A model generated the notes under the pieces. The model searched no databases. It was not told the DNA's origin and worked only from the letters and a program-made list of their open reading frames with translations. 64,000 nucleotides of DNA from Scenedesmus sp. PABB004 (Eukaryota): positions 62,001 through 126,000 of the forward strand of contig JABVCE010000003.1 of NCBI GenBank assembly GCA_014905635.1. The letters run 5' to 3'. Position 1 is the first letter of the stretch. Every line of letters begins with the position of its first letter. This document shows, piece after piece, positions 1 to 13,146 of this stretch. A program made the position numbers and the translations under genes.

Positions 1-547
1 GGGACCAGGAGGTGGTGGAGGCGGCCATGGAGGCGGGGGACATCATCACTGCGATGCAGCAGGAGCAGGAGCAGCAGGCGGGCGGGAGCGGCGGCGCCGC
101 GGCCGCTGCAGCGCCTGCCAGCAGCCCTGGCGGCGTCGCGGACGCGGAGGCGCAGCTCGGCATGCGGCCGGAGGAGCTCATGCAGCGCCTGATGGCGCGC
201 CCCGACCTGCTGGCCAAGGTCCAGGACCCCAAGGTGCGCGCCGCGCGCTGCGCTGCGCGGCGCGCGCCGGCCGGCGCCGTGCGCGTGCGCGGCACGCGCC
301 GAGCTCCCCCCGCCGCCGCCGCGCGCGTGCGCAGGTGCAGCAGGCGCTGCAGGAGGTGTCGGCCAGCCCCTGGAAGATCGTCAAGTATCTCTTCAACAAG
401 GACGTGATGGCCGCCATCAAGGCGCGGGCGGGCGGCGCGCGCGCGCGGGCGGGGGAGCGGGCCGGGCCGTGCGCTGAGGCGCCGCCCGTGTGCGCGTGCC
501 GCCCGCCCGCAGGAGATGAAGGACATGCTGCAGCAGCCGCCGGCTAA
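1..547 (+). CDS. 3' end of an STI1/Hop-domain protein similar to the Tic40 C-terminal domain (5' part outside window; 2 introns visible)
   Basis: Spliced translation LGMRPEELMQRLMARPDLLAKVQDPK|VQQALQEVSASPWKIVKYLFNKDVMAAIK|EMKDMLQQPPG* aligns by eye with the STI1 domain of the Tic40 gene at 35058-37369. Introns ~234-334 (GT-AG) and ~422-512 (GC-AG). Confidence 0.7.
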   Translation, partial: GPGGGGGGHGGGGHHHCDAAGAGAAGGRERRRRGRCSACQQPWRRRGRGGAARHAAGGAHAAPDGAPRPAGQGPGPQGARRALRCAARAGRRRARARHAPSSPRRRRARAQVQQALQEVSASPWKIVKYLFNKDVMAAIKARAGGARARAGERAGPCAEAPPVCACRPPAGDEGHAAAAAG

Positions 548-1026
548 GTAGTCGCGGCGGCGGGGGGGCGCGGGGGCGCGCCGCATGTCGCTGCGGTTTG
601 CTGCTGGCGGTCGGCGCGCGTCGCGAGCAACCGCTCCATGCCGTGTTGCCTCGGGCCGCGCCAGGCCCACACCAAAACCCAGGCGATCACTTGTTCAGTG
701 ACGCCGCCGCGGCGCGGGGCCAGGTCATCCTGCAGTGACGGGCGCGGGCCGGCCCCGGGCTCAGCGCTTGGCCGCAGCGCCGCCGCGTGGGGGGCCGGCG
801 CGGCCGCCGCTGCAGGGCCAGCCGCCAGCACGCGCCGCTGCCTCGGCAGCTTGTACAGCACGCGGCGCGCCGCCCGGCTGGCGCCGCCGCCGGCCCGGGC
901 GGGGCGAGGCCCAGGCGGCGCCGCGCGGGGCAGTCCGATGAAATCGCATCCATCCTCTACAGGGGGCCGGCTGCTGCCGACGCGGTGCGGCGTGCCCGTC
1001 GCAGCCGCGCGACCCGGCGACACGTC

Positions 1027-2774
<1,748 letters not shown>

Positions 2775-3130
2775 GGCGCCCTGGCTGGCCGCGGCGCGCT
2801 GCCTCAGGCGCTGCGCATGAACGGGGGCACACGGGGGGCGGGCTGCACGGCCGCGGCGGGCGCGGCGCGGGCGGCGCGGCTGTTTGGAGGGAGTTCGCGA
2901 GCGTGGCGCGCACGCGCGGCGGCAGGGCGGCCCGGGGCGGCGGAGAGGGCCAGTGGTCGCGGGCGGCGGGGGAGTGGCGGCACGGCGCCGGCGCGGCACG
3001 GCGGAGGCCACGACGTCCGTGTCGCGCGCCGCGAACCGCAGCAGCGTCACGCCGCCCCCGGCGCGCGTCGGCGGCTGCCAGCTGCCAGCCTTAACCCAGC
3101 CGGGGATTCTTGTGTGTTGCAGGGGCGGTG

Positions 3131-3645
3131 CCACGACCAGCGAGCGTGGCGCTGCCCGCGCGCGTCGCCCGGGCGTGTTCGGTGGCGTCCCCCGCGTCGC
3201 AGCGCGGGCGCTGGTCGCGCACGAGCGCGCTCGCCCGGCGGCAGGGAACCCCAGCCTGTTATTATTCCGCGATGCCGCTGCCTTTTTCGGGCGAGTTGGC
3301 CGCCCCGCGCACCGCCACCGCCCCCGCGCGCTGGCGCACGCCCGCCCGGGCCGCCGCCGCCCGCGCCGCGCGGGTGTCATGGCGGCGTGGCGCCTCGGCC
3401 CTGGCGCGCGGCGCGCCTGTCGGCGTGGGCAGGCCCAGGGGCAGGGGCGCACGGCGCCCTGACTGCGACGCCGCCTGCGTCGCGCGCGCTCCACGGCTGA
3501 GCGCGAGCGTCCGCGCGCCGCCACTGGCAACGCCTGGCGCCGAGCGGGGCGCGTGGGCGCCTGGCCCGGCTGTGTGCACCACTGCACAGCGGGCCGGCGG
3601 TGCGGCTTACCACGGCTCAGCCGCGCCCAGCTCCGCCTGCGACAC
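3131..3645. repeat. Left arm of long inverted repeat (partner 10065-10630)
   Basis: 3191-3444 is the reverse complement of 10308-10561 with 3 mismatches in 254 bp. The flanks align with indels out to about 3131 and 3645. Confidence 0.95.
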
Positions 3646-6163
3646 CAGCGACGGGCCGCCGGCGTGCACCGCTGGCGCCCCTGGCTGCTGGTGGCTGCTG
3701 CTGCTGCTTTGGCTGCTGCTGCTGCTGCTGCTGCAGCGGCGGCGGCGGCGGCGGCTGCGGAAGCTGCGGCTGTTGCGGCTGCGGCGGCTGCGGCTGTTGC
3801 GGCTGCGGCTGCGACTTGGCTGCAGTGACTGGCCGCGCCTGGAGCGAGCCTGGTGGCGCGGCGCGTGCCGCGTAGCCGGCCCGCGTGCCAGCTGCTGCGG
3901 GTGGTGCAGGGCCGCGCGCGACGGCGCGCGGGGCTGGCTTGGCCGCCGGGGGCACCGGCGCGGCTGCACCGACGCCGGCGACGAGCGGCTGTGGCTCCAG
4001 CTGTGCCGGCTGCTGCGGCACCTGCGCTGGCTGCTGCGGCTCCTGCGCTGGCTGCTGCGGCATCTGAGCTGGCTGCTGCGGCTGCACCACCACTGGCGCT
4101 CGAGGGAGCGCCTCGCGACCTGCAGCAGCAGCCGTGGACGCCCCTGCGCGCAAGCTGGCCGCCGCCGCCGTCGCCGCCGAGTGCACGAGTGGGCTTGACT
4201 GCTTGCTGCGCGCCGCCGCTGCGACCTGCTGCATCGCCACGTCCGCCGCCGCCAGGTTGCCTGAGACCGAGTGGATGAACCTGCGGCGCGCGCGCCGGAC
4301 GTCAGGCACAGGCGTGCAGGCCCGCACCGCGCTGGCTAGGCCGCACTCGCTCACATGCGCAGCTCTGTCAGTTCCCGCTGCAGGTGCGGTGGGATGTCGC
4401 AACCTGTGCTGCCGCCGCTGCGAGGCTGCGGCGCCGGCAGCAGGCAAGGCTCGTCGCCGGCGGCCTGGCCGGCGCTGGCTGCCGCGGCGGCTGCGGCCGC
4501 GGTGCTGGCGGCGCTGCAGCACTGCTGCAAGCGCTGCACCTCAGCCGCGCCCGCGTCCGCCTCACGGCGCAGCCGCAGGAGCGCTGCGTCGCACTGCTTG
4601 GCGAGGCTGGCGGCCTCCGCGCGCGCGCGCCTCGCTTCCGACCGCTGCTCCTCTGACTGCGCGCTGGCCGAGGCCGCGGCGGCCTCCAGCACCTGCGCGG
4701 CCGTGGCGGGCTTGGTGGCCTGCCGCGCGGAGCCGCCGCTCGTGCAGGACAGCCGTCCCACCTGGTTCATGGCGCGCGCCACCGCCGCGTCACGCAGGGC
4801 GCCATCCAGCTCGCCCCGCAGCGCCGCCGCGGCGCACGCGTGCTCCGCCTTGAGCCGCTCCCCCGCGAGCTGAGCCTCCTGCAGCTGTCGCCGCAGCGCG
4901 GCCAGCTCCGCGCGCTGGCCCTCCAGCGCCGCGCCCGCCGTGCGCTGCGCGTCCGCCGCCACGTCCTGCGCGCGCTGGGCCTCCCGCAGCTGCAGGCCCA
5001 GCATGCCCAGCTCCCGCTGCAGGTCCGCGCCCTCTGCCTCGCGCGTGGCCAGCTTCTCTTGCAGGGCCTGCAGCTCCGCTGCGGCGGCGCCCTGCGCCGC
5101 CTCGGTCTGCGCCGCGCGGTCGTCGGCCATGCGCTTCATCACGGCCTGCCACTCTTGCAGGCGCGTCGCCTCCGCCTGGCTCTGCTGCAGCGCGCCTGCC
5201 AGTGTGGCGACTGCGGCGCGGCCGGGCGACGCGCGCCGTTGCCGCGGCCGCGGGCACCGCCGTGGCCACGGCTGGGCGTGCACTTGCATCGCGGGCGCGC
5301 GCCCGGCCCCCACCTTGCGGGCGCAGCTCGGCCACCGCCGCCTCGGCCGCCTGCTTCTCGCCCCGCACGGCGGCCAGCTCGTGCTGCAGCTGGCGCACCT
5401 GTGCCGTGGCCGCGGCCTCGGCCTGGTGCAGGCGCGCCTGCGCCGCGTCCAGCTGCGCCGCAAGCGCCGCGCCGCGCTCGCGGTGCTCGCGCAGCGCCTC
5501 GCCCGTGTGGGCCAGCTCTGCCTCGCGCACGCCCGCGGCCTCGCGCAGCGCCGACGCCTGGTCGCGCAGCCCCGCCAGCTCGGCGTCCAGGAAGTCGGCC
5601 TGCGCGCGCGCGCGCTCCGCCGCGTCTGCCAGCTCCGCGCGCGTGCGCTCGAGCTCCCACGCCTCGCGCTTGGCGGCCTCCGCCGCCGCCGCCGCCGCCG
5701 CCGCCTCGCGCGCCGCGCGGTCGCGCGCCGCATGCGCGCGCCCGAGCTCAGCCTCCAGCGCCTGCTTGGCCGCGGCCGCGGCTGCGGCGCGCGGCGGCGC
5801 GTCGCTGACCCGGGTGCGGCGGGCGACAGAGCCGGGCGCGCGCGCGCGGCGCCGCGCACGCGACACGCGACACCGCGCACCCGCGAGCCGCGCGGCCGTC
5901 GCCGCGAGCTGCCCCTCGAGCCGCTCCTTGTCCGCCGCGAGCGCGTCGCGCGCCGCGTCGCCGTCGGCGCCCTGCTTGACGGCGCCCTCGACCGCGGCCT
6001 CGAGGTCGGCGAGTGCCGCGCCGAGGCCCGGCCACGCCTCCGCTGACGCGTCGAGGATCGACAGCACCGTCAACTGCTCCCGCACCGCGGCCAGCGCCGC
6101 CTGCAGCGCCGCGCGGCGCTGCGCGGCGCAGAAGAAGCGCTCCGGCTGGCGCAGCAGCGCCAT
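3617..6163 (-). CDS. Long coiled-coil protein of unknown function with Q/P-rich C-terminus (multi-exon)
   Basis: Exons in coding-like frames ([11 protein letters not shown]..., [20 protein letters not shown]..., [15 protein letters not shown]..., LQRELTELR) with heptad-like A/E/L/Q/R composition, joined by GT-AG introns. Ends ...VAGGAGRG* at 3617. Confidence 0.7.
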
Positions 6164-6595
6164 GCCAGGGCCGCCTGAAGCAGTCCCCGTGGCGGGCAGC
6201 GCCGGCGCCGGCCGTCGTCTGCGGGGCCTGCCACACGCGCTCGGCGGCCCGCACGACCGGACACATGCGCGGTCAACGCCGGCGCCGGCCGTCCGGCGGC
6301 GCACGGTGAGGCACGTGCCGTCTGTGTCGGGCCCCCACAGCGGCGCCCGGCGCACCGGCGCACCGGCGCGCGAGCGTGCGGCGGCTCAACGGTCGCGCAG
6401 CCGCCGCTCCGGACGCATGCCGCCGCCCCACGCTCGCACCGCAATCGAATCGAGAGCGTGGCCGGCACGACACAAGCACGAGCAGGCAGAGGCAGCGCCC
6501 TTGCGCGGCGGCCGGCGCTCGTGCACGAGCGGCGGCGCGCGGGCGGCGGCAGCATCGCCGTGCCGTTGGCGATCATTGGTGCCAAAGGCCGGGCT

Positions 6596-9500
6596 ATGCT
6601 TGGGCGAAGCGTGGCGCGGCTGCGGCTGCTGCAACAGGCGGCTCCGGCAGCAGCAGCGGCGGCCGCACCGGCCGTGGAGCGCCTGGCGCAGGTGGGGCGC
6701 GCGTTGGGGCGGCCGGGCGACGCTCCATGCGACGGCCGGCCATGCGCCGGCCGCCCAACCCGCCGGCCCGCCGCCGCAGGCGCTGCACACCGCGGCCGGC
6801 GGCGGCGGCGACCCGCCGCCCGCTGCGGGGCCGCTCCGCCAGCCGGCCGGGCCCGGCGGGCCGCATGAGCAGCAGGTGGAGCTCCAGCAGCAGCTGGAGC
6901 GGCCACACCAGCCGCCGCAGCAGCCGGGGCGCGTGGCGCCGCGGCAGCACTACCACGCCGCGGCCGCCGCACCGCAGCGCGCGCGCCCCACGCTGCAGCA
7001 GCCGGCGGCGCACTGGCAGCAGCAGCAGGCGCAGCACCAGCAGCCAGAGCGGCAGCCGCCAAGCCCAGCCGCCGAGCGTCTCAGCAGCAGCAGCAGCGGC
7101 GCCGGCGGCGGCGCCGGCGACGCGGGAGGCGCCGGCGTGGCCGGCGGCAGTCCGCTGGCCGGCCCGCCCGGCGCACCCGGCGCCGCGCAAGCGGCGGCGG
7201 ACGCGGCGGACGTGTTTGAGCTGACCAGCTTCCAGCAGCAGTACGCGCAGACGCTGGAGCAGCTGCGCCTGGGCTACACCAAGAACCTCTCGCAGCTGGC
7301 AGAGGTGTTCGACCCGGCGGCGCTGCTGGCAGGTGCGTGCGCGCGCGCCTGCGCGGCCCCGCAGCGGCGGCAGCTGCCGCCTCAGCAGCAGCAGCGCCAG
7401 CGGCGGCAGCCCACGCGAGCAGCAGTCGCGCCGCGCCACTCACGAGCACCCGCCCCCGTCGCCTGCCCCCGCCGCCCAGCGCCCGACAAGGGCGGCGCGC
7501 TGCTGGAGGCGCTGCTGTTTGGCGCGGCCAAGCTGGGCGACCTGCAGCTGCTGCGCCAGCTGCTGCGCTGCCTGGCGGCGGCGGGGCTGCCGCTCAGCGC
7601 GACGGGCCACTGCGCAGTGCTGCACGGCCTCGCGGCGGCGGGGCGCAGCGCAGAGGCGCTGCAGTGGCTGCAGCAGCAGGTGCCGCCGGCGCAGCTCGGG
7701 GGGCAGGTGCTGCGCGCGCTGGTGCAGCCGCTGCTGGCGCGGGGTGACGTGGCGGCGGCGGAGCAGGCCCTCGCGTGGGCGGGCGACGGCGCGCTGGCGG
7801 GCGAGGGCGGCGGCCAGGCGCTGGCCTGCCTGCGGCTGCAGGCCGCCGGCGCCAAGGCCAGCCTGTCGGCGGTGCAGGCAGAGTGGGCTCGCATCCAGCG
7901 CGAGCGGCAGCAGCAGCAGCCGCTGGGCGTGCACGTGTGGGCGAGCTATGCGAGCGCGCTGGCGCGCGCGGGGCGGCGCGACCCCGAGTCCGTGGCGCAG
8001 CTGATGGCGGGCGCCATGGAGCAGCTGGCGCACACCTACCACGCCACGGCCTGGGAGCGCTGGGCGGCCAAGGTGGCGGCACGCCAGCAGCAGCAGCAGC
8101 AGCCGCAGCAGCAGCAGCAGCAGCAGCCGCAGCAGCAGCAGCAGCGACCGCCCAGCGCCGACGGCGGCGAGCCCTGGTGGCAGCCCGCGCGGGCGCGTGC
8201 CGCTGCGGCGTGGGCGCGCGCGTGCGAGCAGCTGGGGTCGGGGCAGGCGGTGCCGTGGTCGGCGCTCGACCCCGCCGCGGTGCTGCCCCAGGAGGTGGCC
8301 ATGGCGCTGCAGCGCGAGGAGCGCGAGCTCATGCGCCGCGCCGCCGACGCCGCGCTGCACGTGGCGGCGAGCGTGCAGGACGGCGCCGCCCTGGACACGC
8401 TGCTCAAGCGCGGCTCGCTGCTCAAGGTCTGGCCCCAGGCCTGGGGCTTTGACGCGCTCTTCAGCGCCGCCCTGCAGGGCACGCCCGAGCAGCTGGAGGT
8501 GGGGCCGGCTGCCCGGCGGGCAGCCGGCTGCCGGCTGGCGGCGCGCCGCCGCTCGCCGCCCACCGCGCCGCGCGCCCCCTCCCTCCCCGCCCACAGGAGC
8601 TGCTCGCCGAGGCGATGGGCTGGGGCGTCGCGCCGACGCTGTCGCACTTTGAGCACCTGGGCGAGGCGTACGCGCTGCACCGCGACGCGGCGGGCGCCGA
8701 GGCGACGCTCCAGCGCGCCGCGGCGGCGGGGCACGTGCCGCTGCTGCGCACCTTCAACCGCCTGCTGCACGGCGTCGCGCTCAGCGGCGACCTCGACGCG
8801 GCAGCGCGCGTGTACACGCGCCTGCGGCTGCAGGGCTTGGCGCCGGACCAGCAGACCATGCGCAGCCTGTTCAAATGCGTCCGGCTCTACGCGAGCCGCG
8901 TGCGCATCACCACCGCGCGCGCCATGGCGCAGGCCAAGCCCGGCGACAGGTGCGCCGGTGGTGGTGGCCCCGACTGCGCCCGCGGGCGGCCGGGCGGGCG
9001 GGCGGCGGCACCCGCCGCCGCGCCGCCGCGCCGCCGCGCCGCCGCGCAGTGCCGCAGCGCCACTCGCCGCGCCGCCGCGCCGCCGCCGCTGACCCCCCCC
9101 CCCCTCGGCCCGCCCCGCCCCGCGCCGTCCGCGCCGCGCAGCGAGGCCATCGCGGCGCTGCTGTCGCGCCGCGCGGGCCTGTTTGCGCGCGCCTACACCC
9201 AGCTCGCGGCGTGGCAGGGCGAGCTCGTGGCGGTGGGGCTGAAGCACAGCCCCGCGAGCCTGCACCAGCTCCTCGCGGCGCTCGAGCGCCTCGGCGCGGT
9301 GCACGACTGCATGCAGCTCGCGGCGCTGCACGAGGAGCTGCGCCCCGGCAGCTTCGAGGCGCACCGCTTTGCGCTGCAGGCCGCGAGCCGGCAGCGCACG
9401 CCGCGCGGCGCGGGCGAGGCCGCGTCGCTCGCGGCGCGCGTGGCGGCGGGCCCGGGCGGCCTGCGGCGCCACGACTACGCGGGGCTGATCGCGTCCAGCT

Positions 9501-10093
9501 TCTGGCTCAGCGGCGACCACCAGCAGCTGCTCGACACCGTGCGCGCGATGCGCGCGGCGGGGCACGAGCCCGACGAGGGCGTGCTGCTGCAGCTGCTCCA
9601 CGTCTACGCCGCCGCGGGCATGTGGGGCGAGGCGCTCGCGCTGCTCGACGACGTCGCCGCGGGCCGCGTCGGCGTGGGCGCGGGCGGCCTGCTCGGCGCC
9701 GACGGCGCCGGCGCCGCCGGCGGCGGGCCGCAGCGCGCGCGCCGCGGCCGCGGCGCCGCCGCGGCGGGCGACGGCGCCGCGGCCGCGGCGGCCGCGCACG
9801 TGCGGCAGGACCCGCTGTGGCACATCGTGCTGCGCAAGCTGTGGCAGACGCGCGCGTCGGACGCGCTGCTCAACGACTTTCTCGGCCGCATGCCGCGCGA
9901 CACGCTGCAGCGCTTCACGCTCCTCTACGGCCTGCGCCCCGCGCGCGGCGGCGGCTACACCATGCAGCCGCTGGAGGACTGGGAGCTGCCGCCGAGCGCC
10001 GGCGAGCCGGGCGCCGCAGGCGAGGCCGCGCAGGGCGAGGCCGAGGGTCGCGGCGCGCCAGCGACGGCCGCAGGCGGGGCTGGGCGCGGCTGA
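6596..10093 (+). CDS. Pentatricopeptide-repeat (PPR)-like organellar RNA-binding protein (multi-exon)
   Basis: Transit-peptide-like start MLGRSVARLRLLQQ. PPR-like units RTFNRLLHGVALSGDLDAAARVYTRLRLQGLAPD, HDYAGLIASSFWLSGDHQQLLDTVRAMRAAGHEPD, VLLQLLHVYAAAGMWGEALALL. Ends ...AGGAGRG*. Confidence 0.8.
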
Positions 10094-10630
10094 GCCGTGT
10101 GGTGGTAAGGCGCACCCACGCCGCCACCCCGCTGTGCAGTGCTCTAGGCAGCCGGGCCGGGCGCCCACGCGCTTCCCCGGGCTGCGGGCTCGGGGGTCAC
10201 CGCGGCGGCGCCCGCTCACCCCGCTCACCGCGCGAATCGCGCGCTCAGCCGTGGACCGCGCGCGCGCGCGACGCCGGCGGCGTCGCAGCCCAGGGCGCCC
10301 TGCCCCGCTGCCCCTGGGCCTGCCCACGCCGACAGGCGCGCCGCGCGCCAGGGCCGAGGCGCCGCGCCGCCACGACACCCGCGCGGCGCGGGCGGCGGCG
10401 GCCCGGGCGGGCGTGCGCCAGCGCGCGGGGGCGGTGGCGGTGCGCGGGGCGGCCAACTCGCCCGAAAAAGGCAGCGGCATCGCAGAATAATAACAGGCTG
10501 GGGTTCCCTGCCGCCGGGCGAGCGCGCTCGTGCGCGACCAGCGCCCGCGCTGCGACGCGGGGGCCGCCACCGAACACGGCCCCGGGCGACGCCGGCCGCC
10601 GCGCGCGGGCAGCCACGCTCTCTGGCCGCG
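10065..10630. repeat. Right arm of long inverted repeat (partner 3131-3645)
   Basis: Reverse complement of 3131-3645. Core 10308-10561 includes GGCCAACTCGCCCGAAAAAGGCAGCGGCATCGCAGAATAATAACAGGCTGGGGTTCCCTG. Confidence 0.95.
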
Positions 10631-10749
10631 CGGCGCCCAGGCGCGCGCTCGAATCGTCCGCCCCGCGCCCCCGCGCCGTCTCGTTGGCGCCCTTGGCCGC
10701 CCGGTCGGTATGCGGGCGGCGCTGACCGCTGGCGCGCGCAACTCGCTCG

Positions 10750-12737
10750 ATGGAGCAGCATAGGGCGCTGGAGCCGGCGCTAGCGAGCGAGCACGACCCC
10801 GCGGACCTCACCTGGATTGAGTTCTGGCACGAGAGCGAGTTCAAGCTGGAGAGCGCCCTCCCGCACGCCCCAGGGGCGCCTGGGGGGATGGACCACGCCC
10901 TGCAAGCCCCGGAGCACGCCTTCTTCGCCGGCCACGCGCCCGGACACCCGCCGCACCACGGCGCCCACCCCAGCGGGGCGCTTGGCCCGGGCGCCGACGC
11001 CTTCGCGCTAGGGCTGCTGTCAGTCATCGATCACCACCACTCCGGCCCCTACACCGTGAGGCGCCGCCGCGCGCCGCGCCGCGCCGCGCGCGACGATCAC
11101 GCGGCCGATGAGAGGCGCGCGACGCCCCACCGGCCGCGCCCGCGCAGGCGCAGGACGTGTCCTTCCTGAGCAGCAGCACGGGGCAGGCGGGGCACATGCA
11201 GTCGTACTCCTTCTCCGACCAGCAGCACATGGGCGGCATGCACCCCGCCCCCATGATCTACCCCTCCGCCGCCTACCAGATGCCGGGCGCCAAGTCCGGC
11301 AGCCTCGCGGACGGTGAGCTGCGCGCAGGCGCGCGCGGCCGCTGCCGCGCGCGCGCGCGCCGCGCAGCTCACGCCGCGCCGGCTCGCCGCCCGCGCCGCA
11401 GTGCCCACGGGCAAGACGCGGCTGCGCTGGACGCCGGAGCTGCACAGCAGCTTTGTGGCGGCGGTGAACCAGCTGGGCGGGCCGGAGAAGGCGACGCCAA
11501 AGGGCATCCTCAAGCTCATGGACATGCCGCAGCTGACCATCTTCCACATCAAGAGCCACCTGCAGAAGTACCGCCTCAACATCCGCCTGCCCGGCGACGG
11601 CGGCACCGCGTCCGGCAGCACCGGCGCGCCGCAGCAGCCCGCGGGCGCGAGCAGCGGCTCGCTCGGCCCGGAGCCCGCGCCCACGGCCGGGACGGCCGGC
11701 GCGGACAGCGCCGCAGCGCCCGCGCCTGCGAGCGAGCCGGGGGCAGCTGCAGCGGCCGCAGCCGCGGCGGCTGCGGCGGCTGCGACGGCTGCAGCGCCGG
11801 CAGCCAGCGGCGGCGCCACAACGGCGGGCGGCTGCTCGTCGGCGACCGCCATCGCGCTGCAGCACGGCGGCAGCACACCGCTGGCGCTGGCGCCGTCGCC
11901 GCAGGAGCAGCTGCTGCAGCAGCAGCAGCAGCAGCAGCAGCAGCTACCGCCGCAGCCGGCGAGCGAAGCGCCCCCGCCGGAGGGCGAGGACGACGACGGC
12001 GTGCAGCAGATGCGGCACGCGACGCGGCGCGACCTGGAGCGCGCGCTATTGCAGCAGATGGAGCTGCAGAAGAAGCTGCACGAGCAGCTCGAGGTGCGCG
12101 CGCAATGCGCGCGCGCGCGCGCGCGCGCATGTGTGTGTGGGGTGAGGGGGCGGGGGGGGGGGGGGGCTGCACCAGCAGCGTGGCCAGCCGCGGCGCGCCC
12201 CCGTGCGCCGCCTGGGCCCGCGCGCGCGCGCGGCTCACGCCCTCCCGCGTGCCCGCCCCGCCCCGCCCCGCCGCGCAGACGCAGCGCCAGCTGCAGCGCA
12301 GCCTGGAGGTCCACCAGCGCTACATCCACAGCCTCATGGAGCAGGAGGGCCTGGCCCACAAGATCCCGGAGCTGTCCGCCGCGCTCGGCGGGGCCACGGC
12401 GGGCAGCTTTGTCAGCGAGGCCGTGCCCGCGCAGCCGCTCACGTCTGGCGTGCAGCAGCTGCAGCAGCAGCAGCAGCAGCTGCTGCCGGGTGGCGACAGC
12501 GGCGGGCAGCTGCAGCAGACGCAGCTGGCGGAGCCGCAGCAGCAGCTGGGGCAGCCGCCAGGCCGGCCGCCGGCGCCCGATGCCGGCGCGACGGCGGGCC
12601 TGCCGAGCGGCGGCGGCTGTGACGTGGATGTGGACCTGCTGATCTCGGACCCGGACGCCGCTGGCGAGGAGGCCGACGCCGACCCACCCAAGGCGCCGCC
12701 GGGCAAGCGCCAGCGCATGCAGGCGCCCGGCGCCTAG
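10750..12737 (+). CDS. GARP/G2-like MYB-CC transcription factor (PHR1/PSR1-like)
   Basis: [55 protein letters not shown] (SHLQKY MYB), plus coiled-coil [33 protein letters not shown] (LHEQLE motif). Confidence 0.93.
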
Positions 12738-13146
12738 GCGCTGTGCCAGCGGGGGAGGGGGGGGGGGGTGCGACGGCGGCAGGGCGCAGCTGCTCCCGCC
12801 ACGTCCGCACAAGGCCAGGGGTTGGGGGTGTGCGCCACCGGCATCGGCGCATCGGCGTCGGCGCGCAGCGCTCGCCGCGTCGAATTCTTTCACGCTCGCC
12901 TGCTCATGCGTGCTTAGACAGGTGACGTTGATACCTTCAAAGTCACGGCACTTGCGACGTTGTCGCGGCTTAAATGGGTAAACTGCACTCGAACGACGCA
13001 GCGGTTGCAGCGGTTCACTCAGCAGCGGCGCGCCGCGTTTCTCCGCCACAGCCCCGGCACCTCGTGAGCCGTCAGTCTTCACGCCGCGTGCCAGCCAGCC
13101 CACCCCGCAGCCAGCGCGCCCGGGCAGCCAGCGCGCCCGGGCAGCT

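Noticed and set aside
5202..9092. 1296-aa ORF and many other very long R/A/P/G-rich ORFs in the track
   Set aside because: Stop codons are rare at this GC content. These ORFs are read-throughs of introns or antisense shadows of the spliced genes listed.
3131..10630. Interpretation as an intact DNA transposon or Pack-MULE with long TIRs
   Set aside because: No transposase, no target-site duplication, outer ends fade gradually, and the enclosed genes look like complete host genes. It cannot be fully excluded without a genome-wide copy count.
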